Positions 29,634 through 40,814 of a DNA stretch of 64,000 bases are shown piece after piece; within the stretch, counting starts at the first letter, position 1; each line of letters starts with the position of its first letter. The DNA comes from Devosia equisanguinis (GTDB lineage: Bacteria; Pseudomonadota; Alphaproteobacteria; Rhizobiales; Devosiaceae), in the NCBI GenBank assembly GCA_943372435.1, contig CALRYQ010000002.1, positions 300,584 through 364,583 of the forward strand, read 5' to 3'. The position numbers and the translations under genes are program-made. A model generated the notes under the pieces. That model searched no databases and had not been told where the DNA came from. It saw only the letters and a list, made by a program, of their open reading frames with translations.

Positions 29634-30007
29634 TCCGCAACCTCAATATCGTCTTGATGATTACCAGCATATTCGTGCTTGCCGGCGTCTACGGCCTGAA
29701 GTTCTCGATCGAGGACACTGCCACCGAGCGGTCAGCCCTGATGGCATTGATCGACAGCCAGGAAGGTGACCTGTCGCTGCTGAAAGCCGACTGGGCGGTG
29801 TTGAACCAGCCTGGGCACATTGAGCCGATTATCAAACGCCATCAGGTAGCCTTGGGCATCGGCTTGGTGCAGCAGAAGCAGTTTGGCTCGTTCACCGATC
29901 TGCCTATGCGCCCGGCGGCACCGGACAATCAGGCGTTGGACGCATTGTTTTTGTCGCTTGATGCCGGCGTTGATCCAATCGATGCCATTTTGGAGGGGTT
30001 GCAGTGA
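29630..30007 (+). CDS. ftsL: cell division protein FtsL
   Basis: 125 aa, bitopic (TM IVLMITSIFVLAGVYGL). The TTG start overlaps the rsmH stop. It sits in the conserved slot between rsmH and ftsI. Confidence 0.75.
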   Translation: MIRNLNIVLMITSIFVLAGVYGLKFSIEDTATERSALMALIDSQEGDLSLLKADWAVLNQPGHIEPIIKRHQVALGIGLVQQKQFGSFTDLPMRPAAPDNQALDALFLSLDAGVDPIDAILEGLQ

Positions 30008-31716
30008 TGGCAGCCATGGCCGAGGGCTTTGCTCCAACTATTGCGCTGGACGGTGCCCGAAAAGTGCGCGGCAGCCTGACGCAGGCCCGCATCCGCTGGG
30101 TGATCCTGGGACTTATCCTTGGCTTTCTTGCCGTCGGCGGGCGGCTGGTGCAACTGGGTATGGTGGTGCCCGATTCCACGATCGAAGGGCAGGCGCGCGA
30201 CGTGATCACTGCGACACGCCCGCCAATTCTGGACCGCAATGGTCTGGAAATGGCCGTCGATATCCGGGTGCCCTCACTTTACGCGGAGCCCCGCCACATC
30301 ATTGACGTCGATGAAGCGGCGGCAAAGCTTTTGACTGTGCTGCCTGATCTGGATCCGACGTGGCTGCGCCAGCGCTTGTCTGGTGACAAAGGCTTTGTCT
30401 GGATCGAGCGCGAGCTGTCTCCGGCGGTGCAGGAGCGCATTATGCGTTTGGGCATCCCCGGGATTGATTTCATTACAGAGAGCAAGCGCTTCTACCCCGG
30501 CATGGCAGAGGCCTCGCATATCCTGGGGTCGGTCAATATCGACAACCAGGGCATCGCCGGGATTGAGCGCCATATCGATGGTGAAGACCTGGCGTTGTTG
30601 CAGGACTTGGGATTGGCACGCGGCAATGAGCTGACGCCCGTAACACTCTCGATCGACATGCGTGTCCAACATGTCATGCATGAAGAACTCGTCGATGCGT
30701 TGACGCGCTATCAGGCCATCGCTGCTGCGGGAGTGATGATTGACATCCACACCGGCGAGGTGATTGCCCTGGCCTCGTTGCCCGATTTTGATCCGAACGA
30801 TCCAAGCTCGGCGCTGGTTAAGGACAGTTTCAATCGGATTACCGCCGGTATTTTTGAACTTGGTTCGACATTCAAGACCGTGACCATGGCGGCGGCACTT
30901 GATAGCGGAAAGGTCACGCTCAACGATCAGTTTGATGCGCGGTTCGGCATTCGTTTTGGTCGCCACACGATTGAGGACTTCCACGGTAAACACCGCGTGC
31001 TCAGCGTTCCTGAGATCTACAAATACTCGTCCAACATCGGCACGATCCGGGTGATGCAGACCCTGGGCAAGGAAGAGTTCCGCAGTTTTCTGACCCGATT
31101 GGGTTTTGACCGGCGTGTGCCCTTTGAGCTGCCGGAGATGCGGCTTCCGAGTGTCCCGCAAAAATTCTCAGAAGTCGGTGCAGCCACGGCATCATTCGGG
31201 CATGGGCTGAGCATTTCGCCGTTGCATATGGCGGTCGCAATGGCGGCTTTTGCCAACGGGGGCAATTACATCGCGCCAACCTTGTATCACCGCACTTTGG
31301 CCGAAGCGGAGGCCGCCTATGTGCGCGTCCTCCAACCGGCGACCAGCGTCGATCTGCGCTATTTGATGCGGCTCAATGCGCTTGAGGGGTCAGGCAGCCA
31401 AATGGAGAAGGTCGCCAAAGGCTACCGTGCCGGCGGCAAGACCGGCACTGCCGAAAAAGTGATTGACGGCCAGTACACGTCGGGCAAGGTTTTCAACGTT
31501 TTTGCCTCGGTGTTCCCGATGGACAATCCGCAGTATGCTATGGTGGTGGTGGTGGATGAACCGAAGGCCGAGAATGCCCAATCCGGAACAACCTCGGGCT
31601 GGAATGCCGGGATGATGACCGGTCGCATTATTCAGCGCGTCGCCCCGATGTTGGGTGTCGCTCCAGATTTCAGCGAAAGCCTTGACCTAGGTCTTCGTCC
31701 TCCCGAACTTTTATAG
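30004..31716 (+). CDS. ftsI: peptidoglycan D,D-transpeptidase FtsI (PBP3-like)
   Basis: 570 aa. Transpeptidase motifs STFK, SSN, KTGT. The start overlaps the ftsL stop. Confidence 0.9.
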   Translation: MMAAMAEGFAPTIALDGARKVRGSLTQARIRWVILGLILGFLAVGGRLVQLGMVVPDSTIEGQARDVITATRPPILDRNGLEMAVDIRVPSLYAEPRHIIDVDEAAAKLLTVLPDLDPTWLRQRLSGDKGFVWIERELSPAVQERIMRLGIPGIDFITESKRFYPGMAEASHILGSVNIDNQGIAGIERHIDGEDLALLQDLGLARGNELTPVTLSIDMRVQHVMHEELVDALTRYQAIAAAGVMIDIHTGEVIALASLPDFDPNDPSSALVKDSFNRITAGIFELGSTFKTVTMAAALDSGKVTLNDQFDARFGIRFGRHTIEDFHGKHRVLSVPEIYKYSSNIGTIRVMQTLGKEEFRSFLTRLGFDRRVPFELPEMRLPSVPQKFSEVGAATASFGHGLSISPLHMAVAMAAFANGGNYIAPTLYHRTLAEAEAAYVRVLQPATSVDLRYLMRLNALEGSGSQMEKVAKGYRAGGKTGTAEKVIDGQYTSGKVFNVFASVFPMDNPQYAMVVVVDEPKAENAQSGTTSGWNAGMMTGRIIQRVAPMLGVAPDFSESLDLGLRPPELL

Positions 31717-31740
31717 ATTGATCCAGAGGGATAGTCTCCA

Positions 31741-33186
31741 GTGTCAATAAGTGTAACCCAACTGCTCGAGGGCTCAGGCGCCCGGCCAAAAAAGGGCCTC
31801 GGCCTGATTTTTGGATTGAACTCGGATAGCCGCCGGATTGAACCGGGGGATATCTTTTTTGCGTTGCCCGGCGCCAACGCACATGGCAACGACTTTGTCG
31901 CCGACGCCGTTCGGATGGGTGCGCTGGCGATTGTCAGCGACAAGCAGCCAGTCGGGGACCCGGGTGTGCCGGTTATCATTGTCCGGGACGTTCGGGCGGC
32001 CTATGCCAGGGCGTCGTCGCGCATCTTCGAACCGCAACCAGAAATAACCGTTGCGGTCACCGGCACCAATGGCAAGACCTCGGTGGTTTCTTTTGTCCGC
32101 CAAATATGGGCGGCGGCGGGTATTGAGGGCGCCAGCATAGGCACTTTGGGTGTAGAGACCCCCAAAGGTCTGCGCGGCAGCAGTCTGACCACCCCGGATT
32201 CGCGCGCATTGCACCAGAATATGCGCGCGTTGCGGGCACAGGGGATCAACCATGTGGCGATAGAAGCGTCGAGCCACGGCCTGGATCAGCGCCGCATGGA
32301 CGGCATCTATTTTGAGGCCGTCGCCTTCACCAATCTGACGCGCGACCACCTCGACTACCATGAGGACATGGACGCCTATCGGAACGCAAAATTGCGGCTG
32401 TTTACCGATTTGCTGGTCGACGGCGGACCTGCGGTGGTCAATGTCGATGATCCAGAGCATGAGGCCTTCATGTTTGCCGCCCTTGGCAATGGTTCGACGC
32501 TGCTGACCGTTGGCCGCGAAGGTGCCTATATCGAAATCCTGTCAGTTGAACGCGAGGGCTATGGCCAGCGCGTTGAAGTGCGCCACGTTGGCGAAAAGAC
32601 CAGCTTCCATTTACCACTCACTGGCGAGTTCCAGGTGAGCAATGCATTGATTGCGGCAGCATTGGCCATGGCAACGGGCGTGGATCGGTCCCAGGCCTTT
32701 CCAGCGCTTTCAGAGCTGAAGGGCGCCAAGGGGCGGCTGGAACTGGTGGCTGAGCCAAAGGGCGGTGCCATATTTGTCGACTATGCCCACACGCCTGACG
32801 CGCTCGGCGCGGCCTTGGCGGCATTGCGACCTTATGCCAAGGGGCGGCTGATCGTGGTATTCGGCTGTGGTGGCGACCGCGACAAAGGCAAGCGCGCGCA
32901 AATGGGTGCCATTGCCAAGGACGCGGCCGACATTGTCTATGTCACGGACGACAACCCCCGCACCGAGGACGCCGCGTTGATCCGAAGCGAAATCATGTCG
33001 GCGGTCAAAGGGGCCAGAGAAGTCGGCGACCGTAAGGCGGCGATTGCTGAGGCCATAAAAGAAATGAAGTCCGGTGACGTGCTGCTGATTGCCGGCAAGG
33101 GCCACGAGGATTATCAGATCATCGGAACGAGCAAGCACCATTTTTCAGACCATGAAGTCGTGGCCGAGGTGTTCAAGGGAATGTAA
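31741..33186 (+). CDS. murE: UDP-N-acetylmuramoyl-L-alanyl-D-glutamate--2,6-diaminopimelate ligase
   Basis: 481 aa, GTG start. Mur ligase P-loop VTGTNGKTS. DNPR motif (VTDDNPRTED). Confidence 0.92.
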   Translation: MSISVTQLLEGSGARPKKGLGLIFGLNSDSRRIEPGDIFFALPGANAHGNDFVADAVRMGALAIVSDKQPVGDPGVPVIIVRDVRAAYARASSRIFEPQPEITVAVTGTNGKTSVVSFVRQIWAAAGIEGASIGTLGVETPKGLRGSSLTTPDSRALHQNMRALRAQGINHVAIEASSHGLDQRRMDGIYFEAVAFTNLTRDHLDYHEDMDAYRNAKLRLFTDLLVDGGPAVVNVDDPEHEAFMFAALGNGSTLLTVGREGAYIEILSVEREGYGQRVEVRHVGEKTSFHLPLTGEFQVSNALIAAALAMATGVDRSQAFPALSELKGAKGRLELVAEPKGGAIFVDYAHTPDALGAALAALRPYAKGRLIVVFGCGGDRDKGKRAQMGAIAKDAADIVYVTDDNPRTEDAALIRSEIMSAVKGAREVGDRKAAIAEAIKEMKSGDVLLIAGKGHEDYQIIGTSKHHFSDHEVVAEVFKGM

Positions 33187-34574
33187 TGCCTACACTTTTC
33201 ACAGCAGACGAGATTTTCGCGGCAACCGGTGGGCGCGCCGCCAATCCCGCGGTGAAAGGGATAGGGTCAATCTCGATTGACTCGCGCGATCTGGGCCCGG
33301 ATGCGCTGTTCGTGGCGATCGAGGGCAAGCGCTTCGATGGCCACGACTTTGTCGATGCGGCGTTGGCCAATGGGGCAGTCGCCGCCTTGGTGAGCAGCGG
33401 ACGGGCCAGTGGCGACCGATGCATTGTCGTGCCCGACGCGCTGGAGGGATTGCGTGATCTGGCGACAATGGCACGGCGGCGCAGCGCTGCCACGATCGTC
33501 GGCGTTACTGGCAGCGTCGGCAAGACCACCACCAAGGAAGCCATCCGCACCGTGCTTGCGGCAGCGGGGTCGACCCACGCCTCCATCAAGAGCTTCAACA
33601 ATCACTGGGGTGTTCCGTTGATGCTGGCAGGCCTGCCGCGCGAGGCGCAGTTTGGCGTATTTGAAATGGGGATGAGTGCGCGCGGCGAGATTGATGCCCT
33701 GACGCGGCTGGTACGCCCCAACATCGCCGTCATAACCACCATTGCCCCTGCCCATTTGGAGACACTTGGCTCCATCGAGGCTATTGCCGACGCCAAGGCG
33801 GAAATATTTGTCGGGCTTGAAGCCGGCGGCACCGCGATATTAAACGCTGACCATGCCCAGATCGGGCAGTTGGTGGCGGCCGCTATGGCCGCTGGCGTCA
33901 CCAATATCGTCACCTATGGGTTTGCTGTCGGCAGCGATTGGCACATTGCCGATCTGATTGTGGACGGAGATCAGTCGCGGGCCAAAATTGCCCATGCTGG
34001 CCAAGTGCACGAGTTGGTGATGAATGTTCCGGGCCGCCACATGATCGCTAATGGGGTTGCCGCATTGGCCGTTGCCGAACGTGCTGGCGTCGACCTGAAA
34101 TTGGCTCTCGCCGCGCTGACGGGGTTTGGCGCGCAGGCTGGTCGCGGGCTCCAGACGCGATTGGGCGATCCAGCCAAACCGTTGGTGTTGATCGATGAGA
34201 GCTTTAACGCCAGCACCGCTTCGATGACCGCGGCGCTGGAGGTTTTTGCCGCGGCCAAAGCCCCAGATGGCCGAAAGATCGTGGTGCTCGGCGACATGCT
34301 GGAGCTGGGCCCGCAAAGCGCACAGCTGCACGCAAGTCTTGCCGATAGAGTGGTCGCCTGCGGGGCGGATCAGATCTATCTGGTTGGAGCCCATATGGAG
34401 GCGCTGGCGCAGGTCCTCGGGCCGTCCCGGGTCACCTTGCACCTCAAGAGTGCTCAAGAGATGCAGCCAGTGCTTCTGAACAACCTTGCCTATGGCGATG
34501 TAGTTATGATCAAAGGGTCCAAGAGCGTGCTGCTGGCAGATGTTGTCCAGGCAATCCGCGACAAATTCAAGTAA
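33186..34574 (+). CDS. murF: UDP-N-acetylmuramoyl-tripeptide--D-alanyl-D-alanine ligase
   Basis: 462 aa. P-loop [14 protein letters not shown] overlap with murE. Confidence 0.92.
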   Translation: MPTLFTADEIFAATGGRAANPAVKGIGSISIDSRDLGPDALFVAIEGKRFDGHDFVDAALANGAVAALVSSGRASGDRCIVVPDALEGLRDLATMARRRSAATIVGVTGSVGKTTTKEAIRTVLAAAGSTHASIKSFNNHWGVPLMLAGLPREAQFGVFEMGMSARGEIDALTRLVRPNIAVITTIAPAHLETLGSIEAIADAKAEIFVGLEAGGTAILNADHAQIGQLVAAAMAAGVTNIVTYGFAVGSDWHIADLIVDGDQSRAKIAHAGQVHELVMNVPGRHMIANGVAALAVAERAGVDLKLALAALTGFGAQAGRGLQTRLGDPAKPLVLIDESFNASTASMTAALEVFAAAKAPDGRKIVVLGDMLELGPQSAQLHASLADRVVACGADQIYLVGAHMEALAQVLGPSRVTLHLKSAQEMQPVLLNNLAYGDVVMIKGSKSVLLADVVQAIRDKFK

Positions 34575-34606
34575 GCGCCTGCCGCAGCGGAGACCCCAAG
34601 CAGACC

Positions 34607-35692
34607 ATGTTGTATTTTCTCGGCCAGCTGGGTGAGAGCGTCACCGCATTCAACGTATTTCGTTACATCACCTTCCGCACCGCTGGAGCGGTGGTGACGG
34701 CGTTGTTCATTGTGTTCATGTTCGGCCCCGGCATGATCAAGCAGCTGCGCCTGAAACAGGGCAAGGGTCAGCCGATCCGTGAAGATGGCCCAGCCGGTCA
34801 TTTGCTGACCAAAAAGGGTACGCCGACCATGGGCGGGCTGATGATTTTGGCGGGAGCAGTGTCCTCGACCTTGTTGTGGTCGAATCTGACCAATGGTTAT
34901 GTCTGGGTGGTGCTGTTCGTCACTGTCGGTTTTGGCGCAATCGGGTTTTACGACGACTATCTCAAGGTCAAACGCATGAGCCATAAAGGCTTTGGCGGGC
35001 GCCAACGCCTGGTGATCGAGGCGGTCATTGGGGTTGTTGCCTGTTATGCGTTGTCGCGCCTCGGCCAGCCGACCAATTCCACCGCGCTGTTGTTCCCGTT
35101 TGTCAAAGGACTGGCCATTGATTTGGGGTGGTTCTTCTTTTTGTTCGGCGGCTTTGTCATCATGGCGGCGGGCAATTCGGTGAATTTGACCGATGGGCTC
35201 GACGGCTTGGCCATCGTGCCGGTGATGGTGGCGGCGGCTTGTTTTGCGCTCATTGCCTATCTGGTCGGCAGCGTCACCTTTTCGGACTACCTGTTGCTCA
35301 ATTACGTGCCGGGGACGGCCGAGCTTTCGGTGGTGTGTGGGGCGCTGATCGGTGCAGGACTGGGCTTTTTGTGGTTCAACGCCCCACCGGCGCAAATCTT
35401 TATGGGCGATACCGGCTCGCTGGCCCTTGGCGGCGCTTTGGGCTCGATCGCGGTCGCCACAAAGCACGAGATCGTGCTGGCCATTATTGGCGGGCTGTTT
35501 GTGCTCGAAACCGTTTCGGTCATTGTGCAGGTGACGTCGTTCCGGTTGACCGGCAAGCGGGTGTTCCGCATGGCGCCGATCCACCATCATTTTGAGCATC
35601 TGGGTTGGACGGAGAGCCAGGTGGTGATCCGTTTCTGGATCATCTCGTTCGTTTTGGCGCTGATCGGCCTGAGTTCGCTCAAGCTGCGGTAG
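34607..35692 (+). CDS. mraY: phospho-N-acetylmuramoyl-pentapeptide transferase
   Basis: 361 aa, polytopic. Conserved [10 protein letters not shown] and PIHHHFE motifs. Confidence 0.95.
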   Translation: MLYFLGQLGESVTAFNVFRYITFRTAGAVVTALFIVFMFGPGMIKQLRLKQGKGQPIREDGPAGHLLTKKGTPTMGGLMILAGAVSSTLLWSNLTNGYVWVVLFVTVGFGAIGFYDDYLKVKRMSHKGFGGRQRLVIEAVIGVVACYALSRLGQPTNSTALLFPFVKGLAIDLGWFFFLFGGFVIMAAGNSVNLTDGLDGLAIVPVMVAAACFALIAYLVGSVTFSDYLLLNYVPGTAELSVVCGALIGAGLGFLWFNAPPAQIFMGDTGSLALGGALGSIAVATKHEIVLAIIGGLFVLETVSVIVQVTSFRLTGKRVFRMAPIHHHFEHLGWTESQVVIRFWIISFVLALIGLSSLKLR

Positions 35693-35983
35693 TCGGTTGC
35701 TTTAAGGCTCCATAGAACGCGACCCATTCGACCATTTCGCCTTTGGCCCATAAAACGATGGATCGAACCGCCTAGATTTGAGGTGGACGCGGCTTTGCCA
35801 GCAGCCTGGGCGGAGCATCGGTCTTGTCGGTGACGTCTATGGTCCACCCGAATGCGCATTGCGCGACGGCGCCAAGGTTTTTTGCAAAACGCAAATCCGG
35901 TCAGCAATCGGTAACCATCGTCAGCTTAGGATGCCGCCTTAAGTTCTCTGGTGAGGAGGCTGGCCGCTCCGGCTGGCGCATAG

Positions 35984-37144
35984 ATGTTTTCACGGGCGAA
36001 AAAGACACCGATTGCGCAATGGTGGTGGTCTATCGATCGCGAATTGCTGGCCGCCCTGATTCTGTTGATGGCCTGCGGCATGGTGCTAAGCTTTGCAGCC
36101 AGTCCGCCGGTCGCCGAACGGCTGGGGCTTGATCCCTGGCACTTCATCATTCGCCACGCCGAATTTTGTGTGCCAGCGCTGGGTGTGCTGATCGGCGCCT
36201 CGTTTCTCAATCATCGGCAAGCGCGCGTGGTGGCGTTGGTGACCCTGATCATTTCGGTCGCCCTGCTGTGGGCGACGCTCAAATTTGGCACCGAGGTCAA
36301 AGGCGCGCGTCGCTGGATGTCGTTTGCGGGGCAATCAATTCAACCCTCCGAGTTCGTCAAGCCGGCCTTTGCTGTCATAGGGGCCTGGTTGTTTTCGGAA
36401 AGCATGGTGCTCAAGAATGTGCCCGGCAAAATGATTGCGACCGCCATCATGCTGGTGATTGTGGGTGGGCTGTTGTTGCAACCTGACATTGGTCAGACGG
36501 CACTGATCCTGGCGACCTGGGCCGGGTTGATGTTTTTGGCAGGCATTTCCTGGTGGTTCATTTTTGGACTGGCCGGGGCCGGCGTTGGCTTGCTGTTTGG
36601 CGCCTATGCGCTGTTCCCGCACTTTGCCAAGCGGGTCGATTCGTTTCTCAATCCCGACGCAGGCGGCAACACCTATCAGATCGACCGCGCCTTGCAGTCG
36701 CTGCTGGAAGGGGGCTGGTTCGGGCGCGGGCCGGGTGAATCAATTGCCAAAAAACTGATCCCCGATGCGCATGCCGATTATGTGTTTTCGGCGGCGGCGG
36801 GAGAGTTCGGCATTTTGTTCTGCATGGTTTTGGTTGGGTTGATTGCGTTTATCGCCGTGCGCGCCATGATGGCGGCGCAGCGGCAATCCAGCCTGTTTTC
36901 GCGGTTGGCAGCGGCCACTCTGGCGATTCAGTTCGGGCTGCAGTCGAGCATCAATCTGGCGGTGAACCTCAATCTCATTCCGCCCAAGGGCATGACGCTG
37001 CCGTTCGTCAGCTATGGCGGCACCTCGATGATCGCTATCGCCTTGGGCATGGGTCTGATGCTGGCCCTGACCCGTGCCAAGCCAGAGGAACGCATGGTCA
37101 CCGGCCTTCCCGGCTATCGCAGCGCGGTGGCACCGGCAGAATGA
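35984..37144 (+). CDS. ftsW: SEDS-family cell division protein / peptidoglycan glycosyltransferase FtsW
   Basis: 386 aa, polytopic. SEDS blocks (QPSEFVKPAF, PDAHADYVFS, KGMTLPFVSYGGTS). Confidence 0.9.
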   Translation: MFSRAKKTPIAQWWWSIDRELLAALILLMACGMVLSFAASPPVAERLGLDPWHFIIRHAEFCVPALGVLIGASFLNHRQARVVALVTLIISVALLWATLKFGTEVKGARRWMSFAGQSIQPSEFVKPAFAVIGAWLFSESMVLKNVPGKMIATAIMLVIVGGLLLQPDIGQTALILATWAGLMFLAGISWWFIFGLAGAGVGLLFGAYALFPHFAKRVDSFLNPDAGGNTYQIDRALQSLLEGGWFGRGPGESIAKKLIPDAHADYVFSAAAGEFGILFCMVLVGLIAFIAVRAMMAAQRQSSLFSRLAAATLAIQFGLQSSINLAVNLNLIPPKGMTLPFVSYGGTSMIAIALGMGLMLALTRAKPEERMVTGLPGYRSAVAPAE

Positions 37145-38256
37145 AGAAATTTGTCCTTATGGCAGGTGGAACCGGAGGGCACCTGTTTCCGGCCATGGCA
37201 TTGGCGCAGGAATTGATCCGCCGCGGGCACAGTATCGAGCTGATGACCGATCATCGCGTCGAAAATTACGGCGCCAATTTTCCTGCCCGCGAAATCCATA
37301 TCGTGCCGGCAGCGACGCCATCGCTCAAGCATCCGATCAAGTTCATCACAGCCGTCTTCAAGATTCTGGGCGGAATTGGCCTCGCCTTTGGCAGGCTGGG
37401 TCAAATCAAACCGGATGCGGTGATTGGATTTGGTGGCTATCCAACGTTCCCGCCCTTCCTGGCGGCAAATCTTCGCGGTATTCCCGGCATTTTGCATGAG
37501 CAGAACGCGGTGCTCGGTCGCGCCAACCGGGCACTTGCTCGATTTGCCGATGTGCTGGCGCTCAGCTTTGGGCAAACGCTTCACGCTGATGGTTTGCGGC
37601 TGGAAACGCTAGTAACCGGCAATCCGGTGCGGGATCGAGTGCGGGCGGTCGCCGGGACGCCTTATCCTGAGCTGGGAGAAAATGGCCCCATTCGGCTGGT
37701 GGTGTTTGGCGGTAGCCAGGGTGCAAGGGTGTTTTCTGACCTGGTGCCTGCCGCTGTGGCGTTGGTGCCGGAAGCAATTCGGGCCCGGCTACAGATTGTT
37801 CAACAATGTCGGGCAGAGGATCTGGACCGGGTCGCCGAGGCCTATCGGCTGGCCCGGGTAAATGTCGAGCTCGCAGCGTTTTTTGACGATTTGCCGGAAC
37901 GGATGGCGAACGCCCATCTGGTGGTAGGGCGATCGGGTGCGTCAACTATTGCCGAGCTGTGTGTCTTGGGTCGACCCGCCATCATGGTGCCACTACCCGG
38001 TTCGATCGACGGCGACCAAAAAAACAACGCTCTGGTGGTGGAAGCCGCTGGCGGCGGCTGGATTGCCGATCAGGCCACGCTGTCGCCGCAATCGCTTGGC
38101 ACTCGCCTGACCGCCCTATTAACCGACCCACAAGCGCTACCGCGTGCAGCCGAGGCCGCTCGATCCCTGGGCCAGCCGCGCGCGGTCGAAAAGCTGGCCG
38201 ATCTTGCTGAACGGCTGGCTGGCGTGGGCAATACGAAACCGGAACAATCGCTATGA
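37141..38256 (+). CDS. murG: UDP-N-acetylglucosamine--N-acetylmuramyl-(pentapeptide) pyrophosphoryl-undecaprenol GlcNAc transferase
   Basis: 371 aa. [10 protein letters not shown] motif. ATGA overlap with ftsW. Confidence 0.92.
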   Translation: MKKFVLMAGGTGGHLFPAMALAQELIRRGHSIELMTDHRVENYGANFPAREIHIVPAATPSLKHPIKFITAVFKILGGIGLAFGRLGQIKPDAVIGFGGYPTFPPFLAANLRGIPGILHEQNAVLGRANRALARFADVLALSFGQTLHADGLRLETLVTGNPVRDRVRAVAGTPYPELGENGPIRLVVFGGSQGARVFSDLVPAAVALVPEAIRARLQIVQQCRAEDLDRVAEAYRLARVNVELAAFFDDLPERMANAHLVVGRSGASTIAELCVLGRPAIMVPLPGSIDGDQKNNALVVEAAGGGWIADQATLSPQSLGTRLTALLTDPQALPRAAEAARSLGQPRAVEKLADLAERLAGVGNTKPEQSL

Positions 38257-39671
38257 AAATGCCTCGCAATATCGGTCCGGTTCATTTCGTCGGTATCGGC
38301 GGCATTGGCATGAGCGGCATCGCCGAAATCCTGCACAATCAAGGCTATGTGGTGCAGGGCTCGGACGCCGCGGCCAACCCCAATGTGCAGCGGTTGCGGG
38401 ACATGGGAATTCATATCGCGATCGGCCAAAACGCCGAAAACCTGGGCGATGCGGCGGTCGTCGTGGTGTCGTCGGCCATCAAAAAGGACAACCCGGAGCT
38501 GGTAGCGGCGCGGGCACGCGCATTGCCCGTGGTCAGGCGAGCCGAGATGCTGGCTGAAATCATGCGGTTCAAGAACGCAATCGCCATCGGCGGCACCCAC
38601 GGCAAGACCACGACCACCACGCTGGTGGCGACGCTTCTGGACGCCGGTAGTCTCGATCCGACCGTGATCAATGGTGGGATCATCAATGCTTATGGCACCA
38701 ATGCGCGCCTGGGTGGTGGCGAGTGGATGGTGGTGGAGGCCGACGAAAGCGACGGCACTTTCATCAAATTGCCCGCCGACGTCGTGGTGGTGACCAATAT
38801 CGACCCGGAACATCTGGATCATTACAAGGATTTCGAGGCGGTCAAGAAAGCGTTTCTCAACTTCGTTGAAAACGTGCCGTTCTACGGTTTTGCCGTGATG
38901 TGCCTCGATCACCCCGAGGTGCAGGCGCTGGTGGGAGAAATCCGGGACCGGCGGGTGATTACCTATGGCCGCAATCCGCAGGCCGATGTGCGCTTGGTTG
39001 ACCTTAAAAATGTTGCTGGCGTCAGCCATTTTGCTGTCGAAATCCGCGATCGCAACCGGCAGACACAGGAACGCATCGAGGGGTTGGAACTGCCGATGCC
39101 GGGCGAGCACAATGCGTTAAACGCCACAGCTGCAATCGCGGTGGCCAACCAATTGTTGGTTTCTGCCGACGCTATCCGGCTTGGGTTGAAAGGCTTTTCC
39201 GGGGTCAAGCGTCGCTTCACCAAAACCGGCTTGGTCGCAGGCATTACCGTTATCGACGATTACGGGCACCATCCGGTGGAAATATCAGCGGTATTGCGGG
39301 CGGCACGCCAATCCACCAAGCGTGACGTCATTGCTGTCGTGCAGCCGCACCGCTTTTCGCGGCTCAACGATTTGTTCGACGATTTCTCGGCCTGCTTTAA
39401 CGACGCCGACACGGTGATTGTAGCGCCGGTCTACGCTGCTGGTGAGCAACCGATTGCGGGCGTCACCCACGAAGAACTGGCCAATCGTATCCGGGCGCGC
39501 GGTCACCGTGATGTGCGCGTCATCGACCGACCCGAAGCGCTGGCGCCGCTGATCGCCAGCCGCGCGCAGGATGGGGACTATGTGGTGTTGCTCGGCGCAG
39601 GCAATATCACACAATGGGCGGCCGTCTTGCCAGCCGAGTTGGGCGCATTGCTTGGAAAGCCGGTACAATGA
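38253..39671 (+). CDS. murC: UDP-N-acetylmuramate--L-alanine ligase
   Basis: 472 aa. [14 protein letters not shown] and P-loop [14 protein letters not shown] overlap with murG. Confidence 0.92.
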   Translation: MKMPRNIGPVHFVGIGGIGMSGIAEILHNQGYVVQGSDAAANPNVQRLRDMGIHIAIGQNAENLGDAAVVVVSSAIKKDNPELVAARARALPVVRRAEMLAEIMRFKNAIAIGGTHGKTTTTTLVATLLDAGSLDPTVINGGIINAYGTNARLGGGEWMVVEADESDGTFIKLPADVVVVTNIDPEHLDHYKDFEAVKKAFLNFVENVPFYGFAVMCLDHPEVQALVGEIRDRRVITYGRNPQADVRLVDLKNVAGVSHFAVEIRDRNRQTQERIEGLELPMPGEHNALNATAAIAVANQLLVSADAIRLGLKGFSGVKRRFTKTGLVAGITVIDDYGHHPVEISAVLRAARQSTKRDVIAVVQPHRFSRLNDLFDDFSACFNDADTVIVAPVYAAGEQPIAGVTHEELANRIRARGHRDVRVIDRPEALAPLIASRAQDGDYVVLLGAGNITQWAAVLPAELGALLGKPVQ

Positions 39672-40645
39672 GTTTTCCAGATCTGATCCCGCGCTTGCAG
39701 CCCTGGATCGCAGAGGTTCGTGGTCGGCTGATCCCCAACCAGATGCTGAGCGAAGTCACCTGGTTCCGCGTTGGCGGTCCGGCGCAATTGTTTTTTACAC
39801 CGGCCGACGAGAACGATCTGGCGTTTTTCCTCAAGCATTTGCCGGCTGACATTCGCGTCACGGTGATCGGTTTGGGCTCAAACCTGCTGATCCGCGATGG
39901 CGGATTGGACGGTGTGGTCATCCGGTTGAGCGGCAAGGGCTTTGGCGCCGTCGAGGTGCTGGATGGGCATCGCATCCGCGTCGGCGCGGCCTTGCCGGAT
40001 GTGAAGGTGGCGACCGCGGCGGCTGAAGCGGGCATTGATGGGCTGACGTTTTATCGAGGCATTCCAGGCGGCATCGGCGGGGCGCTCTATATGAATGCCG
40101 GGTGCTATGGCACCGAGACCAAAGACCGGATGGTTGAGCTGCGGGCGGTAACGCGTGCGGGTGAAATCGTGACGCTGAGCAATGCCGATATGGCGTATCG
40201 CTACCGCAAGTCCAATGGGCCGCGCGGGGCGGTATTTGTGGCCGCAACCTACCAGGGTTTTGCGGGTGAACCCGACCAAATTCTCAGCCGGATGCGCGAG
40301 ATCACCGAGAAGCGCGAAGCCAGTCAGCCGACCAAGGCCAAGACCGGAGGGTCGACCTTCAAGAACCCCGAAGGGCATTCGAGCTGGAAGTTGATCGATG
40401 CTGCCGGTTGCCGCGGCCTGACCGTTGGTGGCGCGCAGATGAGCGAGCTTCACGCCAACTTCCTGCTCAACATCAACGAAGCCAGCGCCCACGACATTGA
40501 AACCCTGGGCGAAACGGTGCGCAACCGGGTCCGCGCCAAGCACGGGATTGACCTGGTGTGGGAGATCCGTCGCATGGGGCATTTTGTGCCCGGCGCGGAA
40601 GTCCGCGAGTTTTTGGACGGCGACGTCTTCACGGGGGCGGTGTGA
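39668..40645 (+). CDS. murB: UDP-N-acetylenolpyruvoylglucosamine reductase
   Basis: The track ORF is over-extended. ATG 39668 overlaps the murC stop (ATGA) and gives 325 aa, with TWFRVGGPA...GLGSNLL (FAD-binding) and GSTFKNP. Confidence 0.9.
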   Translation: MSFPDLIPRLQPWIAEVRGRLIPNQMLSEVTWFRVGGPAQLFFTPADENDLAFFLKHLPADIRVTVIGLGSNLLIRDGGLDGVVIRLSGKGFGAVEVLDGHRIRVGAALPDVKVATAAAEAGIDGLTFYRGIPGGIGGALYMNAGCYGTETKDRMVELRAVTRAGEIVTLSNADMAYRYRKSNGPRGAVFVAATYQGFAGEPDQILSRMREITEKREASQPTKAKTGGSTFKNPEGHSSWKLIDAAGCRGLTVGGAQMSELHANFLLNINEASAHDIETLGETVRNRVRAKHGIDLVWEIRRMGHFVPGAEVREFLDGDVFTGAV

Positions 40646-40661
40646 GTATGATCATCGCCAA

Positions 40662-40780
40662 CACCCCCCTCCCAACCTGCCCCGGAAGGGGGGAGGTGCC
40701 GATTGGTGATTGGACCGCCGTCTGGCCCCACACACTGGCAGACACCCTCCCTCTTGCGGGGAGGGCTGGGGAGGGGGTCC
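40662..40780. repeat. G/C-homopolymer-rich palindromic (REP-like) intergenic element
   Basis: Two hairpin units: CCCCCCTCC...GGGGGGAGG (imperfect) and CCCTCCC-tcttgcg-GGGAGGG (perfect 7 bp), followed by GGGGAGGGGG. They fill most of the 169-bp murB-ddl spacer. Confidence 0.5.
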
Positions 40781-40814
40781 TTCGTGCCGTTGCATATCGA
40801 GTTGGGAGTTCTTC

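Noticed and set aside
35757-35775. GGATCGAACCGCC, the reverse complement of a tRNA T-loop-like GGTTCGATCC, in the mraY-ftsW gap. It could be a tRNA or an integration scar explaining the loss of murD.
   Set aside because: The flanking bases do not form a T-stem, acceptor stem or anticodon arm on the minus strand. A 10-mer match is compatible with chance.
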